DNA of 24,000 nucleotides, taken from positions 335,101 through 359,100 of the forward strand of contig JAJBUQ010000008.1 of the NCBI GenBank assembly GCA_020860245.1, in the 5' to 3' direction. Of the stretch, positions 1-7,362 are shown one piece after another. Below the pieces are notes generated by a model. The model saw only the letters and a list, made by a program, of their open reading frames with translations, ran no database searches and had not been told where the DNA came from. Source of the stretch: Rikenellaceae bacterium (GTDB lineage Bacteria; Bacteroidota; Bacteroidia; Bacteroidales; Rikenellaceae). Positions within the stretch are counted from its first letter, which is position 1. Every line of letters begins with the position of its first letter. Both the position numbers and the translations under genes were made by a program.

Positions 1-467
1 CTGTTTACGAATCCCACCAGATCATCCAGAAGCCTCCCGCTACCGAATATTGAATTATCCAAAGAAAAATTGGATAGCATCGAAACTTCGTCTACGATAA
101 ATATTGTATCTTTATTTAAATTAGGGGCAAGAGAAAATGATGAAAATTCGGATGAGAGCGACTTCTGCCTGTAAATTTTTTTGTGTATCGTATAAGCTTT
201 GCTGCCTGAAGAGGTCGCAAGGACCTTTGCCGCCCGTCCTGTCGGAGCCAGAAGGGTATATTTAATATGAAATTTCTCAAGGGTTTTTACATAAGCTGAG
301 ATTGCAGTCGTTTTACCTGTTCCCGCGTATCCGTTTACCATTAAAATCTTACCGGACGGGCGCTCCGTGGTGTATACGGACAAGCGGTCGATTAATTTTT
401 TTTGCCCGATAGTTGGTACAAAGTTAAAATTACTGTAAATTTGAGACGAAATATGTTCACTCAGCAT
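1..467 (-). CDS. RecD/TraA-like superfamily-1 DNA helicase, N-terminal part (gene runs off the window start)
   Basis: Missing from the ORF track because it is truncated by the window edge. The reverse-strand ATG at 465-467 gives MLSEHISSQIYSNFNFVPTIGQKKLIDRL..MVNGYAGTGKTTAISAY..LLAPTGRAAKVL..IFIVDEVSM. This contains a Walker A motif (GxxGTGKT), the APTGRAA motif and a DEVSM Walker B-like motif, all typical of RecD-like (AAA_30) helicases. Confidence 0.8.
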   Translation of the reverse strand, partial: MLSEHISSQIYSNFNFVPTIGQKKLIDRLSVYTTERPSGKILMVNGYAGTGKTTAISAYVKTLEKFHIKYTLLAPTGRAAKVLATSSGSKAYTIHKKIYRQKSLSSEFSSFSLAPNLNKDTIFIVDEVSMLSNFSLDNSIFGSGRLLDDLVGFVN

Positions 468-527
468 TGGTATTCTATTAAAAATTAATTACCTTTAATG
501 CCTGATATTTTTAAACTGAATTTGCAA

Positions 528-535
528 CAAACTTA
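528..535 (-). promoter_or_regulatory. candidate -7 promoter box (TAAGTTTG) for the helicase gene
   Basis: The reverse complement of caaactta is TAAGTTTG, matching the Bacteroidetes TAnnTTTG -7 consensus about 60 nt upstream of the ATG at 467. No good TTTG -33 element at the expected spacing (only CTTG at N22). Confidence 0.3.
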
Positions 536-580
536 ATTAAAATAACAATCAAAAAAGCAAGTCACCTTATTCTTTTAGTA

Positions 581-1165
581 TTGGCTATAGTTTTATGTTG
601 GGTGTTATACAGGCAGTTCGCTTCACCGATGGAATTTGAAAAGGAACGCAAATTAAGGGAGGTTGTGGTCGTACAGCGTCTTAAGGATATTCGTTCTGCC
701 CAACGTGCATTCAAACAAGTACACGGAAGATATACGCCGAGTTTCGACTCTCTTATAAACTTTGTACTTACCGATTCGCTGACCTATCGGATGTCGATCG
801 GATCTATGGATGACTCGCTTGCTGTGGCACAGGGACTTGTTCAGAACGTGGAGTTTAAGGTTCCGGTAAGGGATACTATTTATTCCGGAAGGGGATTTAC
901 TGATCGCGACATCAGGGAAATACGTATAGTTCCGTTCTCTGGCGGACAAGAGTTTATTATGGATGCAGGAGAGCTCGAAACCGAATCCAGAGTAGTAGTT
1001 CAGGTCTTCGAGGCTAAGGCTCCCTATAAAACATTCCTTGCGGATCTTGACCATCAGGAATTAGTCAATCTTATAGACCGTACCAAGAATACTTTGAACA
1101 GGTATCCGGGATTGAAAGTAGGTTCGATAACCGAAGCGACGAATGATGCAGGTAACTGGGAATAA
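581..1165 (+). CDS. hypothetical protein with N-terminal membrane anchor (pilin-like helix); true start uncertain
   Basis: The track ORF starts at TTG 581. The frame is open back to 515 and the upstream codons extend the hydrophobic segment (..TIKKASHLILLVLAIVLCWVLY), but there is no in-frame ATG. Ends with TAA. No family recognised with confidence. Confidence 0.6.
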   Translation: MAIVLCWVLYRQFASPMEFEKERKLREVVVVQRLKDIRSAQRAFKQVHGRYTPSFDSLINFVLTDSLTYRMSIGSMDDSLAVAQGLVQNVEFKVPVRDTIYSGRGFTDRDIREIRIVPFSGGQEFIMDAGELETESRVVVQVFEAKAPYKTFLADLDHQELVNLIDRTKNTLNRYPGLKVGSITEATNDAGNWE

Positions 1166-1194
1166 GGAGATTGTAATAATATAAATAAATTATC

Positions 1195-1881
1195 GTGTGT
1201 GAAGTGAAGAATCGCTACGGTATTGAAGATAAAATAAAGTCCATTCGTGTTTCGACGAATGGATTTTATTTTGATGACGAGATTGTGCTCTATTTCAGGG
1301 ATATACCGGATTGGAGAGAGGAATTGAGAAAAAAGGTAAGAGAGATATCCGCAGGAGAAAATAAAATAAAGGTGATATTCGAATCTTTTAAAACTGTCGT
1401 GATCCCGGAGGAGATATATAGCTCTAAGTATGAAAATTATTATTTACAAGGTTCTTCATTTAGTGTTACTGACACGGAAGTAATTCTTTCGGATACGATT
1501 CCTGGCTCTGTGGTATTGTATGCTGTCGATAAATATATATATCAAACGTTGTGTGTAGCGTTGGGAAAAACGGCAGAGTATAAGGGATGTCTGACCGAAT
1601 TACTCGTTTATTCGACAGGTAAAGAAAACGGTAATATGGTGCTGTATTACTCCGATAGTGCTGTGTTTATGACGGCGGCAACGGATGGAAAAATTCTTTA
1701 TGCCGACTGTCTTCCATTGAATGACGACGATATAATTGCCGGACATTTGAAGGTTCTGTTCGAGTCGTGGGAATATTCCTGTCCCGTTATCTGCTGCGGT
1801 ATAAATTCCGCGGTACACGTAGAAAATATAAAAAAAAGATTCCCGAATATTTTAGTTTCAGATGCGGATAATAAGCGGTAA
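1195..1881 (+). CDS. DUF3822-like hypothetical protein (tentative family call)
   Basis: 228-codon ORF with a GTG start; the frame opens only at 1189. It has an early IRVSTNGFYF-type motif. Its position immediately upstream of rsmD, overlapping it by 20 nt, matches the synteny I recall for DUF3822 genes in Bacteroidota. Confidence 0.55.
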   Translation: MCEVKNRYGIEDKIKSIRVSTNGFYFDDEIVLYFRDIPDWREELRKKVREISAGENKIKVIFESFKTVVIPEEIYSSKYENYYLQGSSFSVTDTEVILSDTIPGSVVLYAVDKYIYQTLCVALGKTAEYKGCLTELLVYSTGKENGNMVLYYSDSAVFMTAATDGKILYADCLPLNDDDIIAGHLKVLFESWEYSCPVICCGINSAVHVENIKKRFPNILVSDADNKR

Positions 1882-2395
1882 ATTTAAGGGAAGGATAATC
1901 ACTCCTCCGAATAATCTAAGGGCGCGTCCTACGACCGATTTTGCTAAGGAGAATTTGTTCAATGTGTTGGCAAACGCCTGTGAATTGGAGAATGCTGAAG
2001 TGCTCGATCTCTTCTCCGGAACCGGATCTATAAGCTTCGAATTTATTTCTCGTGGTGCGTTGTCCGTTACATCGGTCGAACTCAATACGGTTCATTATAA
2101 TTTTATTAAATCTACCGCCGTAAAACTTGGGATGGATAACTTATATCCTGTAAAAGCAAATGCGTTTCTATATATCAAGTCTTGTAAAAGGAAATTCGAC
2201 ATAATTTTTGCAGACCCTCCGTACGATTTAAATGGCTCGGAAACGCTTCCGGATTTGATCTTCGAGAATGAGCTGTTGAATGAGGAGGGTATATTAATTA
2301 TGGAACATTCTAAGAATATAAACTACTCTAAAGATATAAGATGTTTTGACACAAGGTCTTACGGAAGTGTTAATTTTTCCTTCTTTAAAAAATAA
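1862..2395 (+). CDS. rsmD: 16S rRNA (guanine966-N2)-methyltransferase RsmD
   Basis: MRIISGKFKGRIITPP..RPTTDFAKENLFNVL..LDLFSGTGSISFEFISRGA..IIFADPPY. This shows the RsmD N-terminal signature, the SAM-binding GxGxxxxE motif and the DPPY catalytic motif. Length (177 aa) is typical. Confidence 0.9.
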   Translation: MRIISGKFKGRIITPPNNLRARPTTDFAKENLFNVLANACELENAEVLDLFSGTGSISFEFISRGALSVTSVELNTVHYNFIKSTAVKLGMDNLYPVKANAFLYIKSCKRKFDIIFADPPYDLNGSETLPDLIFENELLNEEGILIMEHSKNINYSKDIRCFDTRSYGSVNFSFFKK

Positions 2396-2404
2396 TAGAA
2401 TATC

Positions 2405-2435
2405 TTTGGTGTTTATAAATTTTGTATTACATTTG
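2405..2435 (+). promoter_or_regulatory. Bacteroidetes-type promoter for tRNA-Asp (TTTG-N19-TACATTTG)
   Basis: TTTG at 2405-2408, a 19-nt spacer, then TACATTTG at 2428-2435. This matches TTTG-N19-21-TAnnTTTG and lies about 35 nt upstream of the tRNA 5' end. Confidence 0.6.
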
Positions 2436-2469
2436 CACTGCTGAATGAGAGAAATTTTACTCTGAAAAC

Positions 2470-2543
2470 GGTGTGGTAGTTCAGCTGGTTAGAATACCTG
2501 CCTGTCACGCAGGGGGTCGCGGGTTCGAGTCCCGTCCATACCG
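2470..2543 (+). tRNA. tRNA-Asp (anticodon GTC)
   Basis: Folded by hand into a 74-nt cloverleaf. Acceptor stem GGTGTGG/CCATACC (one G-T pair). D stem GTTC/GAAT. Anticodon stem CCTGC/GCAGG with loop CTGTCAC (anticodon GTC). 5-nt variable loop. T stem GCGGG/CCCGT with a TTCGAGT loop. Discriminator G. CCA is not encoded. Confidence 0.95.
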
Positions 2544-2550
2544 CCCTCGA

Positions 2551-2587
2551 GCCTCGTAATCAACTGATTACGAGGCTTTTTATTTTT
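2551..2587 (+). terminator. intrinsic terminator after tRNA-Asp
   Basis: Perfect 11-bp stem gcctcgtaatc/gattacgaggc (2551-2561 / 2566-2576) with loop aact, followed by tttttattttt. Confidence 0.9.
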
Positions 2588-3039
2588 CCTGTGTTGCAAA
2601 TAGCGTTTTATACTGTTTCTTCTTTTGGAAATCATGAATGATTATTATTGAGGCGTTTCCGAAAAGGAGTATACGAAAAACGACGGGAATAGTCGGTTTT
2701 ATTCTACAAAAACCAAAAACTATCCCGTGCCCGGGATTTTATTAGCCATAAAAAATCGTTGGTAATCTGTATATATGAGAATCCGGAGGGATTGCCTTAA
2801 ATAGTTAATTTCACAAAGTAATCCGTTTAATTAGGACATGGTTGTTTGACTGGTTGCGGTATCTGATGCTAAACTTGGTTCATCGTAATATTGGTTCCGG
2901 TAAAAGTTGGTATGTATTTTTACCGTTTACGTGCTATGGATTGTATTATAATATGGCTAATTGGAAGACCGGTATATTTAATTTATTGTTTTTACATTTA
3001 TTTTCAATAACTTTATTAAATGAATTTAATACGATTTTC

Positions 3040-3129
3040 ATGAAAAAGCTATTATTTTACCTTTTTATTGTAGTCTTGTCGGTTATATCAGTCGAGACGA
3101 TGCAGGTCAGCAATTTAAGTATAAAGTAA
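3040..3129 (+). other. 29-codon mini-ORF encoding only a signal-peptide-like sequence (possibly the detached 5' end of the next gene)
   Basis: ATG at 3040 gives MKKLLFYLFIVVLSVISVETMQVSNLSIK*. This is the last part of track ORF 2842..3129. The frame of the downstream ORF (3156..) is open back to 3030 and overlaps this ORF. Confidence 0.35.
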
Positions 3130-3155
3130 ATTACAAGAAGGCCTATAAGTCCAAA

Positions 3156-3671
3156 ATGAAATATTTCAATAAAGAAGGGTGGCAGATCGCCCAGTCCTCA
3201 CTTCCTATTGATGCTGCTCTTGCAAGGCATTACGACAGGATATACAATAATGACAATATGATAGAGTTGGTAGGGACTACGGTCAATGCCAAAACGCTTC
3301 GACTTGGTGCGGACGGTACCTCCGCAAATGCAATTTCGAATTACGCCAAAAATGTTTCTTCCAGTATTTTGGGAAAAATCGAAGCTAAAGGAGCTATTGA
3401 TCAGGTTACGGGAGCGCAAAGAGATTTTTTGCACAGCAATTATTCTATCGAGATAGAAAAATTGATAATAAGAGATATCGAGCCGAGTTTCACGGTGGTT
3501 AAAAAGAACAAAAAAAGTGGAACGATGGAGTATGAAACGTATTACGTTTTGGATGAAAATAAAGCCAAACTAACACGGGAAGAGGCGATGATTAATACGT
3601 TGAGAAATGCTAACGCTCCGACCGAACTGACGCAGGAAATAAGAGAAATTATCCGTCAAATGCCAGAATAA
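3156..3671 (+). CDS. hypothetical protein, tentatively LPP20-like; no signal peptide in the ORF as it stands
   Basis: 171-aa ORF, ATG start, TAA stop, 1 nt from the next gene. Its alternating alpha/beta-like pattern and operon partners suggest an envelope protein. The LPP20-like call comes from general sequence character only. Confidence 0.6.
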   Translation: MKYFNKEGWQIAQSSLPIDAALARHYDRIYNNDNMIELVGTTVNAKTLRLGADGTSANAISNYAKNVSSSILGKIEAKGAIDQVTGAQRDFLHSNYSIEIEKLIIRDIEPSFTVVKKNKKSGTMEYETYYVLDENKAKLTREEAMINTLRNANAPTELTQEIREIIRQMPE

Positions 3672-3672
3672 A

Positions 3673-4569
3673 ATGATAAAACCTATACGTTTTATTTTGT
3701 GTGTGGTCATGGTTTGCGGAATTGTTTGCAATACCAGCGCGCAAAGAATTCTATCGAAGTCAGAGAAATTAAAACCGGATTGGATGGCTAATAGAACTCC
3801 CAAGCCGTCAAACCGTAGTTTTTATTACACTCAATCTACCGAATGGGGTTCGGATATACAGGCTGCGCGCGAAGGCTCTTATGTCAACCTTTTTTCACAG
3901 GTAAGGAGTACAATTACCCGCAACCGTTCCACTACCGAGGGATTAGGAATCCTCGATCAAATCGTCCCGGATAATCAGAAAGATGTAATGATAACCCGGT
4001 ATCAAATAGGCCGGGATGTAGTTACCATTACCGCTCAGCGCGTAGACGAATATTGGGAGACTTTCATGATGGCTGATGGCGAAGTCAGATATGAGTATAC
4101 CGGACTTTATGCAGTAGGCTATCCCGAATATCCCAGCCCTGAATTCGATCAGGTAGGGTTCACTTATCGATACGGAATGAGAGGCGTTGTCCGCTCACTT
4201 ATTCCCGGATACGGACAATTATACAAAGGGCAAAAGGGTAAAGGGGCCGCAATTCTTGCGGGCGAAGTGGCTCTTATTACAGGTATAATATTTACCCATC
4301 AGGAATACGACAATTACCGCAAAAAAATTAAGCAGACACACAACATAGACCACATCAGGACCTATTCCAATAAAGCCGATAATTACAAAACAGCCCGTAA
4401 TATATGTATAGGAGGGGCTGCCGCGCTTTATATATACAATCTTGTCGATGCGGCAGTGTCGCCTGGGAGAAAAAGGCTGGTAACCAACCGTAAAAATAGT
4501 TCCTCGTTTGCCATAATTCCGGTTACGAATACGGATTATAACGGAGTTAATTTAAGTATGACATTTTAA
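3673..4569 (+). CDS. exported protein with LPP20-like N-terminal region and C-terminal two-helix membrane hairpin (PGYGQLYKG motif, DUF5683-like)
   Basis: Signal peptide MIKPIRFILCVVMVCGIVCNTSAQ. KPDW..P..YY..G.....A...A motif pattern as in LPP20-type proteins. C-terminal LIPGYGQLYKGQKGKGAAILAGEVALITGIIF .. ICIGGAAALYIYNLVDA gives two predicted TM helices. Confidence 0.7.
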   Translation: MIKPIRFILCVVMVCGIVCNTSAQRILSKSEKLKPDWMANRTPKPSNRSFYYTQSTEWGSDIQAAREGSYVNLFSQVRSTITRNRSTTEGLGILDQIVPDNQKDVMITRYQIGRDVVTITAQRVDEYWETFMMADGEVRYEYTGLYAVGYPEYPSPEFDQVGFTYRYGMRGVVRSLIPGYGQLYKGQKGKGAAILAGEVALITGIIFTHQEYDNYRKKIKQTHNIDHIRTYSNKADNYKTARNICIGGAAALYIYNLVDAAVSPGRKRLVTNRKNSSSFAIIPVTNTDYNGVNLSMTF

Positions 4570-4587
4570 AATAAAAAATAAGATAGA

Positions 4588-5937
4588 ATGAAAGGTTTAA
4601 AATTTACTTTATTCGCGTTGATCTGTTCGGTAGGGTTAACGGGGATTTTTCAGTCGTGTTCTAAGGATGAAACCGATGTGTACGGCAGTGTTTACGGTTA
4701 TGTCACTTATGGCAGTGAACCTATTCAGGCTGCGAGTACAACACTTAATCCTACGGGAAGTAAAACAACTTCAGGTTCCGACGGACGATTCGAATATAAT
4801 AGTCTGGAAGCTGGACAATACACGATCCAGGTGGTAAAAAGCGGTTATAAAACTAATGTGGCTTCGGTAACGGTAATTCCGGGCCAATCCACACGCATCG
4901 ATATACAAATTTATCCCGGTTCGAGCGATCTTACGTTAAGCAAAACCGAGCTTAATTTCAGTACGACCACTGACCAACTCACATTCGATGTAATAAACAG
5001 CGGTCAAAGTGACTTGGGATGGCAAATACAGAACAATACCGATTGGGTGCAGACGATGAATCCTTCATCAGGCACTACCTCATCTGGTCAAAACAGTACG
5101 GTAACCGTAACTATAAACCGTGCATTACTGGAGAGCGGGGTATCTTATGAAGGAACTTTGGTCGTTACATCCAATGCAGGAGACGCTTCATTAACGGTTA
5201 AGGCTGCCGGAGAGGAATCAGGTAATGGCGGAGACGGAGGAGGCAGCGGCAATGTATCCAGCGGACTATTAGCTTATTATACATTCGACAATGAGAATTG
5301 TGATGATAGTTCCATAAATGGGGCGCACGGCAGTTCGGCAAATTCACCTGCATACGTTGCGGATACTCCGAGCGGAAGCGGAAAGTCTCTGTTTCTTAAT
5401 GCTTTGCAAAACCAATACGTAAATATTCCGTATTATTTTTTCGATAGCCATCGCAGTTACACCATCTCATTATGGATTAAAGATTTTAGTACGGGATTGA
5501 TATTTACTTCTATCAGCAGTGATTATATCCGAAGCGACTATCCTCGTCTGGCAGCTGATTCCAACGGTAAATTTTATTTTTATGTACAGTACGACAATTT
5601 TGGGAATACGCCCGAATTTAGCTATGAATACAGCAATATCCAGGATGGCAACTGGCACATGGTAACTCTTACCGTGGAAGATAAAGGGGGTTATCCGGGG
5701 AGCTGTGAGAAAAAATTGTATATAGACGGACGCCTGATCGATACGGCCAGCGATTCCTACTCACAAAGTTCGCAAGGAACTCCTACTAAAATGCAGATCG
5801 GAGGCAATAACGAGGGTAAATCATGGAACGGAGTTAAATACAGCGCTACAAGCATGTATGTGGATAATTTCAGAATTTACAGCCGCGTGCTCTCTGCGAG
5901 CGACGTTCAGTCAGTGTATTCAGCGGATCGGCAATAA
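4588..5937 (+). CDS. surface lipoprotein: CarboxypepD_reg-like, BACON/Ig-like and LamG (Laminin_G_3) domains
   Basis: Lipobox ..GIFQSC followed by SKDETD, an acidic lipoprotein-export-signal-like stretch. GSVYGYVTYGSEPIQAA..SDGRFEYNSLEAGQYTIQVVKSGY is CarboxypepD_reg-like. LGWQIQNNTDWVQ..SSGQNSTVTVTIN is BACON-like. A GNGGDGGGSGN linker follows. LLAYYTFDN..YTISLWIK..GNWHMVTLT..LYIDGRL..VDNFRIYSRVLSASDVQSVY is a LamG_3 signature. Confidence 0.8.
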   Translation: MKGLKFTLFALICSVGLTGIFQSCSKDETDVYGSVYGYVTYGSEPIQAASTTLNPTGSKTTSGSDGRFEYNSLEAGQYTIQVVKSGYKTNVASVTVIPGQSTRIDIQIYPGSSDLTLSKTELNFSTTTDQLTFDVINSGQSDLGWQIQNNTDWVQTMNPSSGTTSSGQNSTVTVTINRALLESGVSYEGTLVVTSNAGDASLTVKAAGEESGNGGDGGGSGNVSSGLLAYYTFDNENCDDSSINGAHGSSANSPAYVADTPSGSGKSLFLNALQNQYVNIPYYFFDSHRSYTISLWIKDFSTGLIFTSISSDYIRSDYPRLAADSNGKFYFYVQYDNFGNTPEFSYEYSNIQDGNWHMVTLTVEDKGGYPGSCEKKLYIDGRLIDTASDSYSQSSQGTPTKMQIGGNNEGKSWNGVKYSATSMYVDNFRIYSRVLSASDVQSVYSADRQ

Positions 5938-5961
5938 AACGCCGCATAATATTTTAACTGT

Positions 5962-5993
5962 AACTGCCGGATCAGCCGGCAGTTCATGTATTT
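5962..5993 (+). terminator. terminator-like hairpin after the lipoprotein gene
   Basis: 9-bp stem aactgccgg/ccggcagtt (5962-5970 / 5976-5984) with loop atcag. The tail catgtattt is only weakly T-rich. Confidence 0.5.
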
Positions 5994-6008
5994 AAAAACT
6001 GCAGCGGT

Positions 6009-7214
6009 ATGATAAGAAAGATACTGATCCCGACATTATTTTTCCCAGCGGTCGTCTGTCTCGCGCAGATCGATCCGTTCGTGGACATAGAGGCCTTAAT
6101 TAATGGTAACAACCAAAGTTTCGACAGCTTCGTGGAAGAAAATATAGAAGCGATAGACCGAATGGACCGCGAATATGAAGCATACCTTAAGGCCGAACTG
6201 GAAGCATTCGAGAAGTTCCGCAAAGAGATCGAGGTGTGGTGGGGAGCAGATAATTTTGTGGAGAGCACTAAAAAAGATTAGGTAGAATACTCCGACGATA
6301 AAAAAAGCCGCAGCATCGTAGATTTCGAAGAAGGAACCGCCTCCATACAAATTCTTGTAGAAGACGAATCTCCGGAAGAGATCGTAGAAAAACTTCAGGA
6401 GAATTTGGCCGAGCTCCTTAACAGCAAAGGAACTACGAAAGATTACGATACCGAATACGAGAAACGCGAACCTTTGAGTAAAACGCCGATCCTTAAAGAT
6501 CAGGTGCTTGTGTCGGATAATAGGAAAATCGAGGAAGTCCCGATGGAGGTTGCCGTTAAAGATCTTACTCAAAACGGAGATCTTGAAATCACAGAGGTAG
6601 AGGGCGAGGACGGTAAAAATCGTAATATGGTCAATTTAAAGATTGATCTTGCTCCGGATAATATTAACACCCGCGCCGAACAGTTCCTCCCGCTTATCTG
6701 TAAATATGCTGAAAAATATAATCTGGATCCTGCGCTTGTGTGTGCGATCATCCATACGGAATCGTCCTTTAATCCAAAGGCAAAATCTATTGCCAATGCC
6801 CACGGATTGATGCAGATAGTCCCCACTTCCGCAGGAATCGATGCCTATGGACATATATACAAAAAAGAATGGACCCCTACTGCGCAATACCTGCTCGATC
6901 CGGAGAAAAATATAGAATTAGGAACGGTATATTTACATATGCTGATGACTTATCCCGGATATTTTACTAAAGTTGTGGAAGAAAATTCGAGAAGGCTCTG
7001 TGCCATCGCCGCTTATAATACCGGTGCGGGAAACGTAAGCAGGGCATTTACAGGTTCTACAAAGCTTTCAGAGGCGATACCGGTCATAAACCGGCATACT
7101 TATCATTCGCTGTTTAATTATATGTCCATAAATCTACCGTATGAAGAGACGCGTAAATACATTAACAACGTTACTGAACGCATGGCGAGCTACCGCTTGT
7201 GGATTAACTTATAA
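6009..7214 (+). pseudogene. mltC: MltC-like membrane-bound lytic murein transglycosylase (DUF3393 N-domain plus SLT domain) interrupted by an in-frame TAG at 6279-6281
   Basis: Track ORFs 6009..6281 and 6405..7214 are in the same frame, and 6282-6404 is open in that frame. The N-part has a signal peptide and ..[39 protein letters not shown], which parallels E. coli MltC ..[28 protein letters not shown]. The C-part has SLT motifs TESSFNP, GLMQIV and AAYNTGAGN. The TTG at 6405 is not a credible independent start. Confidence 0.8.
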
Positions 7215-7362
7215 ATTTTATTCAATAAAACTCAATACTTGTAGGCACGACGTGAATATCTTTTTTACTAATCGGTAGTGTTGAAGAAAAATAAAAAATC
7301 GCGCAATTCATATTGGCCGTTTTATTGTAATTTTATAAGGTTTAAAAGAAAAATTATTTCTA

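Noticed and set aside
2842-3129. 95-codon ORF from the track
   Set aside because: It has a TTG start in AT-rich non-coding-looking sequence and an F/L/Y/N-rich translation typical of AT-rich noise. Only the final 29 codons (from ATG 3040) look like a real signal peptide.
2470-5990. Genomic island integrated at tRNA-Asp
   Set aside because: There is no integrase or recombinase, no direct repeat of the tRNA 3' end that I could find in the window, and no mobility genes. The idea is kept only as a low-interest note.
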